A stretch of 64,000 nucleotides of DNA from positions 10,556 to 74,555 of the forward strand of contig JAZLAQ010000026.1 of NCBI GenBank assembly GCA_045613285.1. The letters are read 5' to 3'. How positions within the stretch are numbered: the stretch's first letter is position 1; every line of letters starts with the position of its first letter. The notes beneath the pieces were generated by a model. The model did not search any database. It saw only the letters and a program-made list of their open reading frames with translations, and was not told where the DNA came from. This stretch comes from Alphaproteobacteria bacterium. Lineage in GTDB: Bacteria; Pseudomonadota; Alphaproteobacteria; CAAHEQ01; UBA3637. Positions 54,694 to 64,000 of the stretch are shown one piece after another. Position numbers and translations under genes: made by a program.

Positions 54694-57198
54694 TTAGTCT
54701 AATTTAAGCCCTGTTTTATCAGCAGATATTGTAATGGTTGAACCTTCTTGTATTTGTCCGGATAACAGTAAAACAGCTAATTTATTTTCTAGTTCTTGTT
54801 GGATAAGGCGTTTGAGCGGTCTGGCTCCGAATTCTGAATCATAACCGTTTTCGACAAGCCAGTCTTTTGCTTTATCTGTTAAGTTCAGGCTAATGTGATG
54901 TTCGTCCAGTCTTTTTTGAAGACGAGACAGTTGGATATCCGTTATTTGACGAATATCTTCTTTCTTTAACGGATGAAACTTGATAATTTCATCCAACCGA
55001 TTTAAAAATTCCGGTTTAAAAAAGGTTTTCAGTTTTGTTATAATATCTTTTTCTTTTTCATCCACAATTAAATTGGATGTTAAAATAATAAAGGTATTTT
55101 TAAAATCTACAATCCGACCTTTACTATCTGTTAAACGGCCATCGTCCAAAATTTGTAGTAAGACATTAAAAATATCCGGATGAGCTTTTTCCACTTCGTC
55201 AAACAGGATGACCTGATAAGGGCGACGACGGACAGCCTCTGTTAAAACACCACCTTCGTCATAACCGACATATCCCGGAGGCGCCCCAATTAAACGGGCA
55301 ACAGCATGTTTTTCCATATATTCTGACATATCTATACGAATATAGGCACTTTCTTCATCAAACAGGAAGTTTGCTAATGCTTTTGCTAATTCTGTTTTAC
55401 CAACACCGGTTGGACCTAAAAACAAAAAAGAACCAATCGGACGATTAGGGTCTTTTAATCCGGCACGTGATCGGCGGACGGCATTTGCAACAGCGGTAAT
55501 AGCTTGGTTTTGGCCAACAACGCGTTCGGCAATTTTTGTTTCAATTTGAAGTAATTTTTCCCGTTCTGAACTCATCAGTTTATCTACCGGGATTCCGGTC
55601 CATTTTGATACGACACCAGCAATCAAATCCGGTGTTACGATTTCATGTGCAGAATGTTGTTGATTGATTTTATCTAATTCAGACAATCTGTTTTGCATGT
55701 CAGGAATGTCTTTATATTGTAGACGACCGGCTAAATCATAATTGCCTTCACGGAAAGCTTTGTCAATTTCAATTTTGGCATTATCAATTTTTTCCCGTAT
55801 CGTATTGGCCTCTTTTACGGAGTTTTTAGCAGTCATCCACTTGGCAGACATGTCGGCAGATTCTTTTTCCATAACAGGTATTTTATCCTCAATTTGTTTC
55901 AGACGTTCCTGTGATGCTTTATCTTTTTCTTTTTTCAGAGCTTCACGTTCTATTTTTAACTGTAATAATTTTCTATCTAATTCATCCAATGCTTCAGGTT
56001 TTGAGTCCAAAGCCATTTTTAGTTTACTGGCGGCTTCATCAATTAAATCAATTGCTTTGTCTGGTAAAAAGCGGTCGGCAATATACCGATTTGACATAAC
56101 AGCAGCCGATACCAAAGCCGCATCTGATATACGAACACCATGATGAATTTCATATTTTTCTTTGATACCACGCAGGATAGATATAGTATCTTCTACATTT
56201 GGTTCATTAATATAAACCGGTTGAAATCGACGGGCAAAGGCAGTGTCTTTTTCAATATATTTTTGATATTCCTTTAATGTTGTCGCTCCGATGCAATGCA
56301 GTTCTCCTCGTGCTAAAGCCGGCTTTAACAAATTAGATGCATCCATAGACCCTTCATTGGCACCAGCCCCGATAACGGTGTGCATTTCATCAATAAACAG
56401 GATGACTTCACCATTTGAAGAAGACACTTCCTGTAAAACAGCCTTAAATCGTTCTTCAAATTCGCCTCGATATTTTGCACCGGCAATCAAAGCTCCCATA
56501 TCCAGACTCATCAGGCGTTTATGGGATAAACTTTCCGGTACATCGCCGTGAATAATACGCAGAGCCAATCCTTCTACAATGGCTGTTTTACCAACGCCAG
56601 GTTCTCCGATTAAGATAGGATTGTTTTTTGTTCGACGGGAAAGGACCTGAATTGTGTGGCGGATTTCTTCATCACGACCGATAACGGGATCTAATTTTCC
56701 CTGACGGGCCCGTTCGGTAAAATCAACGGCGAAACGTTTTAATGCTTCAAAGTTATCTTCGGCTGATGGTGATTCGGCTGTTCTACCTTGACGCATTTTA
56801 TTGATGACTTCATTTAATTTTTTTAAATCAACATCATAGTTTTTTTCGGTCAATAAAGCTTGTAAAATACGTTCTACCGTTACATAGGAATCTTTAGATT
56901 TTTTTGCAATTTGTTCTGCTAAATCAATGACTTTTAGAAAGTCTTGTGAAGCAGAAACCTGAACGGAAGAACCTGAAACTTTTGGTAGTTTTCCTAAATC
57001 CTCATTGACTTGAGTTGAAATTTTTTCAACATCAATTCCAGTTTGTGTCAGTAATTGTGTGGCTAATCCTTGTCGGTCATCCAACAGAACACGTAATAGG
57101 TGTGTTGGTGTTAGGTAGGGATTACTTTCCCGAACGGCTAAGTTCTGTGCTGATTGTAAAAAGCCTTTTGCTCTGTCTGTTAATTTTTCTAAGTCCAT
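54694..57198 (-). CDS. clpB: Chaperone ClpB (Hsp104-type disaggregase)
   Basis: 834 aa with two AAA+ modules ([15 protein letters not shown] and [15 protein letters not shown]), a long middle coiled-coil, and the N-terminal Clp_N domain. Confidence 0.95.
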   Translation of the reverse strand: MDLEKLTDRAKGFLQSAQNLAVRESNPYLTPTHLLRVLLDDRQGLATQLLTQTGIDVEKISTQVNEDLGKLPKVSGSSVQVSASQDFLKVIDLAEQIAKKSKDSYVTVERILQALLTEKNYDVDLKKLNEVINKMRQGRTAESPSAEDNFEALKRFAVDFTERARQGKLDPVIGRDEEIRHTIQVLSRRTKNNPILIGEPGVGKTAIVEGLALRIIHGDVPESLSHKRLMSLDMGALIAGAKYRGEFEERFKAVLQEVSSSNGEVILFIDEMHTVIGAGANEGSMDASNLLKPALARGELHCIGATTLKEYQKYIEKDTAFARRFQPVYINEPNVEDTISILRGIKEKYEIHHGVRISDAALVSAAVMSNRYIADRFLPDKAIDLIDEAASKLKMALDSKPEALDELDRKLLQLKIEREALKKEKDKASQERLKQIEDKIPVMEKESADMSAKWMTAKNSVKEANTIREKIDNAKIEIDKAFREGNYDLAGRLQYKDIPDMQNRLSELDKINQQHSAHEIVTPDLIAGVVSKWTGIPVDKLMSSEREKLLQIETKIAERVVGQNQAITAVANAVRRSRAGLKDPNRPIGSFLFLGPTGVGKTELAKALANFLFDEESAYIRIDMSEYMEKHAVARLIGAPPGYVGYDEGGVLTEAVRRRPYQVILFDEVEKAHPDIFNVLLQILDDGRLTDSKGRIVDFKNTFIILTSNLIVDEKEKDIITKLKTFFKPEFLNRLDEIIKFHPLKKEDIRQITDIQLSRLQKRLDEHHISLNLTDKAKDWLVENGYDSEFGARPLKRLIQQELENKLAVLLLSGQIQEGSTITISADKTGLKLD

Positions 57199-57510
57199 AT
57201 TTTTACCTCGCTGGTAAAGACATAATTATTTATTCTGAAATTTTCAAGAGATTATTAAAAAAATATACGAAAGGGATCTTTGAAATATTTTAAATCATTT
57301 TAAAAAAGTCAAAAAAATAGGTTCAAAAATGTCAAATAAAAAGTGGAAATACAAAAAATTGACATAATTATTTTAAATCGTATATCATATTGATTTTAAA
57401 TAATATTTATTTGCATAAAAATCTGTTTATATGCAATATTTATCGTATTTTTAACTTGACTTTTTTCTTGTTTTTATGTAAAATACCGAAAATTTTTGAA
57501 AGGTAATACG

Positions 57511-58653
57511 ATGAAGTCAATGAAGTTAAAACAAAAGAAAATATTGGTAAATACTGTTATTGGGGTCAGTTTGATTGCCGTCGGTTTTTTTCTGAACGGT
57601 TGGTTGTCTCCTAAAACATCAGGTAGTATGCCTATGTTTAAAGATATTTCTGTTTCCGTACAATCACTTGAAAGAGAAGATTTGACGGATAAAAAGAAAT
57701 TTATTGCAGTGGTTGAGGCTATTAATAGTGTTGATATAGTTCCGCAGGTTTCAGGATATATTGAAGAAGTTCGTTTTAAAGACGGTTCTTATGTAAACGA
57801 AGGTGATGTCCTGTTTGTTATTGAACAAAATAAATTCCAAGCAAATGTCAATGTTGCTGAAGCTAATTTGGAAAAAGCTAAGTCGGATTTAGAACAGATT
57901 TCAAGTGATTTTAAACGACAAGAAAAATTGTATAAAGAACGCATTATTCCTAAAGCAGATTTGGAAATTGCCGAAAATAAACTTAATCAGGCAAAAGCAA
58001 ATATTAAACAAGCCGAGGCTAATTTAAATTTAGCTCAAATCAATCTGGGATATTCTGAAATTAAAGCACCAATTAGCGGTTATATCGGGAAGGCATTGAT
58101 TACAAAAGGAAACTATGTCAGTCCTTCAATTAAAAGTTTGGCCAAGATTGTCCAAATGGATCCGATACGGGTTGTTTTTTCCGTTTCTGATAAAGAACGC
58201 ATTACTTTTTTAAAGGATATCCATACCGAACAGACAAATGTTAAATTTGAAATTGTTTATCCTGATGGTAAAACGGAAGAGATACAGGCCGAACAGTTCT
58301 TTTCGGATAATGAAATAAATCCGGAAACAGCTACGTTGGCTATTTATCTGGATTATAAAAATGCAGATAATCTCTTGATACCAGGGAACTATGTAGATAT
58401 TCTAGTTGGGACGAAAGGTCAGGAAAAATCATTGGTTGTACCGATTGTTGCTTTGGGTAAAGATATCAACGGGACTTATGCCATGGTAGTTGAACCTGAT
58501 AACACCGTTCGTCAGGCCTATTTGGAACTGGGACGTATATCTGGAAACGTTCAGGAAGTTTTAAGTGGTTTAACCGATGAGGATAAGGTCATTGTTCAAG
58601 GTCTTCAAAAAGTGCAAGACGGTATGACTGTAAAACCGATTTTAGTGAAGTAG
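57511..58653 (+). CDS. RND efflux periplasmic adaptor (AcrA/MexA family)
   Basis: Signal/TM anchor, an alpha-hairpin coiled-coil (ANLEKAKSDLEQISSDFKRQEKLYK...) and beta-barrel/MP domains. The ATG at 57511 has RBS GAAAGG; the upstream TTG start seems less likely. Confidence 0.8.
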   Translation: MKSMKLKQKKILVNTVIGVSLIAVGFFLNGWLSPKTSGSMPMFKDISVSVQSLEREDLTDKKKFIAVVEAINSVDIVPQVSGYIEEVRFKDGSYVNEGDVLFVIEQNKFQANVNVAEANLEKAKSDLEQISSDFKRQEKLYKERIIPKADLEIAENKLNQAKANIKQAEANLNLAQINLGYSEIKAPISGYIGKALITKGNYVSPSIKSLAKIVQMDPIRVVFSVSDKERITFLKDIHTEQTNVKFEIVYPDGKTEEIQAEQFFSDNEINPETATLAIYLDYKNADNLLIPGNYVDILVGTKGQEKSLVVPIVALGKDINGTYAMVVEPDNTVRQAYLELGRISGNVQEVLSGLTDEDKVIVQGLQKVQDGMTVKPILVK

Positions 58654-58665
58654 GGAGTTTTTCTG

Positions 58666-61600
58666 ATGTTTTCAAACTTTTTTATCCGCCGTCCGCGGTT
58701 TGCTATTGTGCTGTCTATTGTTATTACATTGGCAGGTGTGATTTCGTTGTTTAAATTACCGATAGCTTTATATCCGGAGGTAACTCCGCCGGAAATTTCG
58801 GTTTCTGCTAATTATCCGGGGGCAAGTGCCGAAGTTATATCTCAAACAGTCGGTATTCCTTTGGAAGATGAAATCAATGGGGTTGAAGATATGCTTTATA
58901 TGGCGTCTTCATCTAATGACGGTTCTTATTCCTTGACAATTACTTTTAAAACAGGAACTAATCCGGATATTGCTTTGGTCAAAGTACAAAGTCGTGTACA
59001 ACAGGCTACTTCAAAATTACCGGTAGAAGTTAGTCGTCAAGGTTTGACGGTTCGACGTAAATCTTCCAATAATTTGGCATTTATTGCGTTTATGTCGCCG
59101 GATAACTCTTTGAACAGTATGCAAATCAGTGATTATGTTTTTAATAATGTATCTCGGAAGTTGGGTAAGGTTGAAGGGGTTGGATCTGCTGATGTTCACG
59201 GCTCACGTTTAAGTATGCGTGTTTGGTTAGATACTGATAAAATGGCTGCCTTAAAAATTCCTGTCAAAGTAGTACGTTCTGCTATAGAAAGTCAAAATTA
59301 TCAGCCTTCTTTGGGAAAAATTGGTGCTATGCCGATTGGAACAAGTGTGCCGATGGTTTATTCTTTACAAACACAAGGTCGTATCAATGATGTTGACTCC
59401 TTTGAAAATATTATTATCCGGACGGCTGAACAAGGAGGATTACTCCGTTTAAAAGATATTGCCCGTGTAGAGGTTGGTCAGGAAAATTATAGTGTGTCCA
59501 GTCTGTTTAACGGTAAAAATACGATTGCTATGTCAATTTCTTTGACAACAGGAGCAAATGCATTGGATACCATTAAAAAATTAAAAGCGGAATTGGAAAA
59601 TTTAAAACAGTTTTTCCCTGCCGGTTTGGACTATGTTATTGGGTATGATGCAACAGAATATATTGATGCATCTGTTGAAGAAGTGGTTCTAACACTTCTT
59701 TTAACTTTTGCTTTAGTTATTTTTGTTTGTTATATTTTCTTGCAAGATTGGCGTTCTACATTGGTCCCATCGGCTACTATTCCCGTTTCTTTAGCAGGAA
59801 CTTTTGCCGTTATTTTGGCTTTGGGATACAGTTTGAATATGTTTACACTGTTTGGATTGTTGTTGGCTATAGGTGTGGTAGTTGATGATGCAATTGTTGT
59901 GATTGAACGGGTTATTTACCTGATGCAGACAGAAAAAATGAATGCTAAAGATGCAACATACCAGACAATGAAAGAAGTTAGTGGTGCTTTGGTTGCGACG
60001 GCTTTGGTTTTGCTGGCTGTGTTTGTTCCGATTGGTTTTATGGATGGTATTGTCGGTGAAATTTATAAGCAATTTTCCGTCACGATTTCAACGGCTGTAT
60101 TATTTTCGGCATTGAATGCTTTAACATTATCTCCGGCATTGACATCGATTATTTTGAAAAATACTAAACCCAAGACAAAGGGGTGCTTGGGTTTGTTCAA
60201 TAAAGTTATTCAAAAATCAACACGTGGATATATGGGGGTTGCCGGATTATTGGCTCGCCACTTGGGAATGGTTACGGTTATTTTTGTTGTTTTTACGGGA
60301 ATTTTAATCGGTTTATTTAAAATAACACCGACCTCCTTTATTCCTGAAGAAGACCAAGGGGTTATTGTGATGAATATGCAATTACCGGAAGGGGCTTCTA
60401 TGATAAGAACATCAGCGTTGTTAAATCGCGTTGAGGAAATTATCCGTTCTGAAACGGCGGTTAAAAGTACACAGATTATTAGTGGTTTCAGTTTTGTCGG
60501 CGGACGTGGAGAAAATATTGTTATGACTTTTATTGTGTTGAAGCCGTGGAATGAACGTGGTCCGGAGGATTACTCCACTCTTGTTTTAAACAGACTTCGG
60601 GCAAAGTTGTCCGTCATCAATGAAGCAGAGTTTCAATTGTTTGAAATGCCTGCTATTCCCGGTTTAGGGATGGTTGGAGGATTGGATATCCGATTGCAGG
60701 CATTGAATGATATGGATTCTTCTAAATTAGATGCAGTGACTCAGTCTTTTTTAAGTAAGCTGAATCAAAATCCATCATTTAAGTATGCTTTTACATCATA
60801 CACATCCAAGACCCCCAATATCTATGTTGATGTCGATAGAAGTAAGGCAGAACAAATGCATGTACCGGTATCTAATATTTTTTCAACGATGGAAAATTAT
60901 TTGGGTTCAGGCTATGTCAATGATGTCAATTTTGGTACACAGGTTAACAAGGTCATGATACAGTCTGATTGGCAATATCGTTCGGACAGGGAAAGTATCA
61001 ATGAACTTTATGTTCCTAATACACAGGGCAAGATGATACCGTTGCGCGGTTTGGTAACTTTAAAGGATATTTTGACCCCTCGGATTATCAGCCGATATAA
61101 TCAATATCCCAGTGCCGGTATTTCGGCTTTTGCCCGTGAAAATGTCAGTACCGGAGATGCTATGGAAACGGTGAAAGAACTTTCAAAAACATTACCGAAA
61201 GGGTATACATTTGAATGGTCGACAATGAGTTATCAGGAAGACACAACACAAGGACAAATCGGTTATTTGATTGCGTTGGCAATTGTTTTTGCCTATTTGT
61301 TTTTGGTGGCTCAGTACGAAAGTTTCATTATGCCTGTTTCGGTATTGATGTCGTTGGTTGTCGTGATGGTTGGGGCAATGTTAGGTCTGTTGATAAAAGG
61401 ACTTCCTTTAAGTATTTATGCTCAGTTAGGGTTGATTTTATTGATTGGGTTGGCCAGTAAAAACGCCATTTTAATTGTGGAATTTGCCAAAGAAGAACGG
61501 GCAAAAGGGCGGTCAATCATTACCGCTGGTTTGACAGGGCTTCGGGAAAGGTTTAGGGCGGTTTTGATGACGGCATTTACCTTTATTTTGGGTGTTTTCC

Positions 61601-61761
61601 CGATGATTGTAGCAACAGGGGCCGCCTGTAATTCCAGAATTTCTCTGGGGGTTCCAGTCTTTTATGGTATGTTGTTGGGTACTTTTTTGGGATTATTGAT
61701 GATACCTTTGTTGTATATTTTGGTTCAGACTGTTTCGGAGAGAATCTTAAAAAAGAAATAG
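58666..61761 (+). CDS. RND multidrug efflux transporter (AcrB/MexB family)
   Basis: 1031 aa and 12 TMs with two large periplasmic loops. The N-terminus [42 protein letters not shown] is the canonical AcrB start. Confidence 0.9.
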   Translation: MFSNFFIRRPRFAIVLSIVITLAGVISLFKLPIALYPEVTPPEISVSANYPGASAEVISQTVGIPLEDEINGVEDMLYMASSSNDGSYSLTITFKTGTNPDIALVKVQSRVQQATSKLPVEVSRQGLTVRRKSSNNLAFIAFMSPDNSLNSMQISDYVFNNVSRKLGKVEGVGSADVHGSRLSMRVWLDTDKMAALKIPVKVVRSAIESQNYQPSLGKIGAMPIGTSVPMVYSLQTQGRINDVDSFENIIIRTAEQGGLLRLKDIARVEVGQENYSVSSLFNGKNTIAMSISLTTGANALDTIKKLKAELENLKQFFPAGLDYVIGYDATEYIDASVEEVVLTLLLTFALVIFVCYIFLQDWRSTLVPSATIPVSLAGTFAVILALGYSLNMFTLFGLLLAIGVVVDDAIVVIERVIYLMQTEKMNAKDATYQTMKEVSGALVATALVLLAVFVPIGFMDGIVGEIYKQFSVTISTAVLFSALNALTLSPALTSIILKNTKPKTKGCLGLFNKVIQKSTRGYMGVAGLLARHLGMVTVIFVVFTGILIGLFKITPTSFIPEEDQGVIVMNMQLPEGASMIRTSALLNRVEEIIRSETAVKSTQIISGFSFVGGRGENIVMTFIVLKPWNERGPEDYSTLVLNRLRAKLSVINEAEFQLFEMPAIPGLGMVGGLDIRLQALNDMDSSKLDAVTQSFLSKLNQNPSFKYAFTSYTSKTPNIYVDVDRSKAEQMHVPVSNIFSTMENYLGSGYVNDVNFGTQVNKVMIQSDWQYRSDRESINELYVPNTQGKMIPLRGLVTLKDILTPRIISRYNQYPSAGISAFARENVSTGDAMETVKELSKTLPKGYTFEWSTMSYQEDTTQGQIGYLIALAIVFAYLFLVAQYESFIMPVSVLMSLVVVMVGAMLGLLIKGLPLSIYAQLGLILLIGLASKNAILIVEFAKEERAKGRSIITAGLTGLRERFRAVLMTAFTFILGVFPMIVATGAACNSRISLGVPVFYGMLLGTFLGLLMIPLLYILVQTVSERILKKK

Positions 61762-61839
61762 TGTCATATTATTTTTTCTTGAACTCTTGTAAAAAGGAAG
61801 TTATACTTTTTTATGTATCATTTTTTTAAGGAGAGAACA

Positions 61840-62604
61840 ATGAAAAAAAGTATTATGATGGGTTTAATGTTATTGTCAACCAGCGTCATGGCACAGGTTA
61901 TTATTGACAAAAGGGTTGATTTTGTTGAAAAACCGTCTGCTGATGTAATCGTTTCTGCCGATAGACAAGGACTGAATATTGATACAGAAAAAGTCGGAAC
62001 CGGTAAAGGATTTAAAGCTAATGTTCGTAGTTCTGGAAATGGCGATATGAATATGATTGCCCGTGATAAAAGGACCGGTAAAGTTATCAGTAAAATGGAA
62101 GGTCGTGAAGGACAGTATGCAAAAGGTTATGCTGATACCGAGGCTTTTTATCAGAAAATTGATTTGAAGGAAAAAAATGGGGATGTTGTTGGTAATATAC
62201 AGTTTTCAAATAAAGTTACAGGGGAACATTTTGATTTAAAAACTTTTGATGAAAATAATCGGACACTTGCTCAGACAAAAGGTGGATATAAAATGGATAT
62301 CAGTGTTCGGGCAAATGGGGCAATGACGGTAAAGGTTACGGATATACGGACAAAACAGGTAATCTGTTATGCTGATGAAAAAGGAAATAATTCATATCTT
62401 TATGATGCACAGGGTAAAGTAATTGCCAAAGGTCTAGTTAATGATGATCCGGAAGATTATACTGTTTATAATAAACAGGCTGTTGCTGCCTGTGAAAAGG
62501 CTTTAGCTGTTTTTGAAGAAGATGAAGAAGATGAAAATTATGAAGATTACGATGAAGGTTCTGATTTAGATAATTTTAAAGAATTTTTAGGTTTCTTTAT
62601 GTAA
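61840..62604 (+). CDS. Secreted hypothetical protein with acidic C-terminal tail
   Basis: RBS AAGGAGA and signal peptide MKKSIMMGLMLLSTSVMAQ. The C-terminus is EEDEEDENYEDYDEGSDLDNF. Confidence 0.5.
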   Translation: MKKSIMMGLMLLSTSVMAQVIIDKRVDFVEKPSADVIVSADRQGLNIDTEKVGTGKGFKANVRSSGNGDMNMIARDKRTGKVISKMEGREGQYAKGYADTEAFYQKIDLKEKNGDVVGNIQFSNKVTGEHFDLKTFDENNRTLAQTKGGYKMDISVRANGAMTVKVTDIRTKQVICYADEKGNNSYLYDAQGKVIAKGLVNDDPEDYTVYNKQAVAACEKALAVFEEDEEDENYEDYDEGSDLDNFKEFLGFFM

Positions 62605-62700
62605 TCGGATGCGTTTTTCATTTTAATAAAGAAAGTTTTTTAGATACCACTGACTTGGTCGGTGGTATCTTTATGTAAAGTTATATTTATTATTCAGATA

Positions 62701-62727
62701 ACAAAAAACCCTGTCATTGGACAGGGG
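62701..62727 (-). terminator. Terminator of rpsT, possibly bidirectional
   Basis: ccctgtc-attgga-cagggg hairpin. A T-run follows on the minus strand (aaaaaa on the plus strand). Confidence 0.6.
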
Positions 62728-62748
62728 TATTTTGTATAACCACCAAAC

Positions 62749-63018
62749 TTATTTAGTAAATAAGCTTTTAACGGCTTTTGCCAAGCGGGAAATATGACGA
62801 GAAGCAGTTTTCTTGTGCATTGTTCCTTTGCCGGCAGCACGAGCCAAAGCAGATTCAGCCCCTTTGAAAGCAACTTTAGCGGCTTCTTTATCGCCAGCGG
62901 CAACTGCTTTACGGGTTTTCTTTTCAGCTGTACGAACCGAATTCAAGCGGTCTAAATTGATTTTTTCACGTTTAGCATTGCGCTTAACACGTGTTTTTGC
63001 TGATTTAATGTTTGCCAT
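62749..63018 (-). CDS. rpsT: 30S ribosomal protein S20
   Basis: MANIKSAKTRVKRNAKREKINL... is the canonical S20 sequence. The start was chosen at the Met of MANIKS. Confidence 0.9.
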   Translation of the reverse strand: MANIKSAKTRVKRNAKREKINLDRLNSVRTAEKKTRKAVAAGDKEAAKVAFKGAESALARAAGKGTMHKKTASRHISRLAKAVKSLFTK

Positions 63019-63165
63019 TTTATTCCTCAAAATGTAATTATAAAAAGCTTTGCGTATACTTTATATCCGAAATCGAAAAAAAAGTCAAGCATTTTTTTTA
63101 TCTATTGACTTTTATTAAAAAAAATGATAGGAATAATGTACATTTTTAACACAAGGAGAAGAAGA

Positions 63166-63993
63166 ATGTCTAAAATTATGGAAGGTAAAAAAGGTTTAAT
63201 TATGGGGGTCGCCAATGATCACTCAATTGCTTGGGGGATTGCTAAGGCATTGGCTGATCAGGGGGCAGAGATTGCCTTCACATATCAGGGAGAATCTTTG
63301 TTAAAACGGGTTCAACCTTTAGCCGAATCGGTGGGATCAGATATTGTTATTCCGTGTGATGTAACAAATAAGGAATCTATGGATAGTGCATTTCAAACAC
63401 TGAAAGATAAATGGGGCAAGTTGGATTTTGTTGTTCATGCGATTGCTTTTTCGGATAAGAATGAGCTGAAAGGGCGGTATGTAGATACGACACCGGAAAA
63501 TTTTTCTAATTCCATGTTGATATCCTGTTATTCATTTACGGAAGTTTGTCGTCGGGCATCTGAATTGATGACGGACGGTGGGGCTTGTTTGACATTGTCT
63601 TATCTGGGGGCAGAAAAATATGTGCCGAATTATAATGTCATGGGGGTTGCTAAAGCGGCTTTAGAAGCATCCATTCATTATATTGCTTTTGATTTAGGGG
63701 ATAAAAACATTCGTGTCAATGCTATTTCGGCTGGTCCTGTTCGGACTTTGGCTGCTGCCGGTATCGGTGATTTCAGACAGATATTCGGATGGGTTGAAAA
63801 TAACTCGGCTCTGTGTCGGAATATTACGATTGAGGATGTTGGTAAAACCGGTATGTTCTTGTGCAGTGATTTAGCTTCGGGTGTAACGGGTGAAGTTATC
63901 CACGTAGATGCCGGATATAATATGAACGGTATGATAAATCCGAAGAATGCTTTGAAATCTGCTGAATTATTGGCAACTTTCAAGTGTGAATAA
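63166..63993 (+). CDS. fabI: Enoyl-[acyl-carrier-protein] reductase (NADH) FabI
   Basis: MSKIMEGKKGLIMGVANDHSIAWGIAKA... is the classic FabI N-terminus. RBS AGGAGAAG lies before the ATG at 63166. The C-terminus has the Y-x6-K region. Confidence 0.9.
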   Translation: MSKIMEGKKGLIMGVANDHSIAWGIAKALADQGAEIAFTYQGESLLKRVQPLAESVGSDIVIPCDVTNKESMDSAFQTLKDKWGKLDFVVHAIAFSDKNELKGRYVDTTPENFSNSMLISCYSFTEVCRRASELMTDGGACLTLSYLGAEKYVPNYNVMGVAKAALEASIHYIAFDLGDKNIRVNAISAGPVRTLAAAGIGDFRQIFGWVENNSALCRNITIEDVGKTGMFLCSDLASGVTGEVIHVDAGYNMNGMINPKNALKSAELLATFKCE

Positions 63994-64000
63994 ATCGTTC

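Noticed and set aside
57496-57510. TTG start at 57496 for the RND adaptor gene (as in the supplied ORF track)
   Set aside because: The ATG at 57511 has a properly spaced GAAAGG RBS, whereas the TTG has none, so the shorter form is preferred.

Overview
This reads as a low-GC (~35-40%) proteobacterial chromosome, probably an alphaproteobacterium. The supporting markers are an FYDLN_acid zinc-ribbon protein, a CarD/CdnL regulator, an HdaA-like DnaA regulator, and DksA-Maf-RNase G-YacG gene order. Housekeeping genes present are truB, rbfA, ftsK, lolA, the lipid A/Kdo genes waaA-lpxK-lpxL, clpB, an AcrAB-type RND pump, rpsT, fabI, fba and three tRNAs. Several accessory features sit among them:

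- **Pilus-like operon (6439..15739, minus strand):** seven genes that look like a type IVb pilus or type II secretion system of the R64 thin-pilus kind. It has a lipoprotein secretin, a GspE/PilB-type ATPase with a tetracysteine motif, and a GspF-type platform protein. No major pilin or prepilin peptidase is in the window.
- **Giant pilin-like proteins:** three unlinked genes (18862..21030, 27100..29166, 38615..41185) each begin with a type IV prepilin signal, cleaved after a glycine with a glutamate five residues later. Each carries a very large cysteine-rich repeat domain at the C-terminus, and two contain near-identical in-frame tandem repeats.
- **Structured repeat arrays:** two of these genes are followed directly by arrays of one shared family of structured DNA repeats (21128..21540, 41200..41630).
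- **Acid-resistance-like pair:** an AaxB/AaxC-like pyruvoyl arginine decarboxylase next to an ArcD-family antiporter.
- **tRNA-associated scars and cassettes:** a 20-bp duplicate of the tRNA-Met 3' end, and a GNAT acetyltransferase gene flanked by inverted repeats beside tRNA-Phe.
- **Fused LplT-Aas gene** (35060..38485).
- **Unexplained proteins:** several large AT-rich hypothetical secreted or effector-like proteins.

Feature coordinates are as exact as reading the sequence by eye allows. Homology calls come from recognisable motifs, not from database searches.
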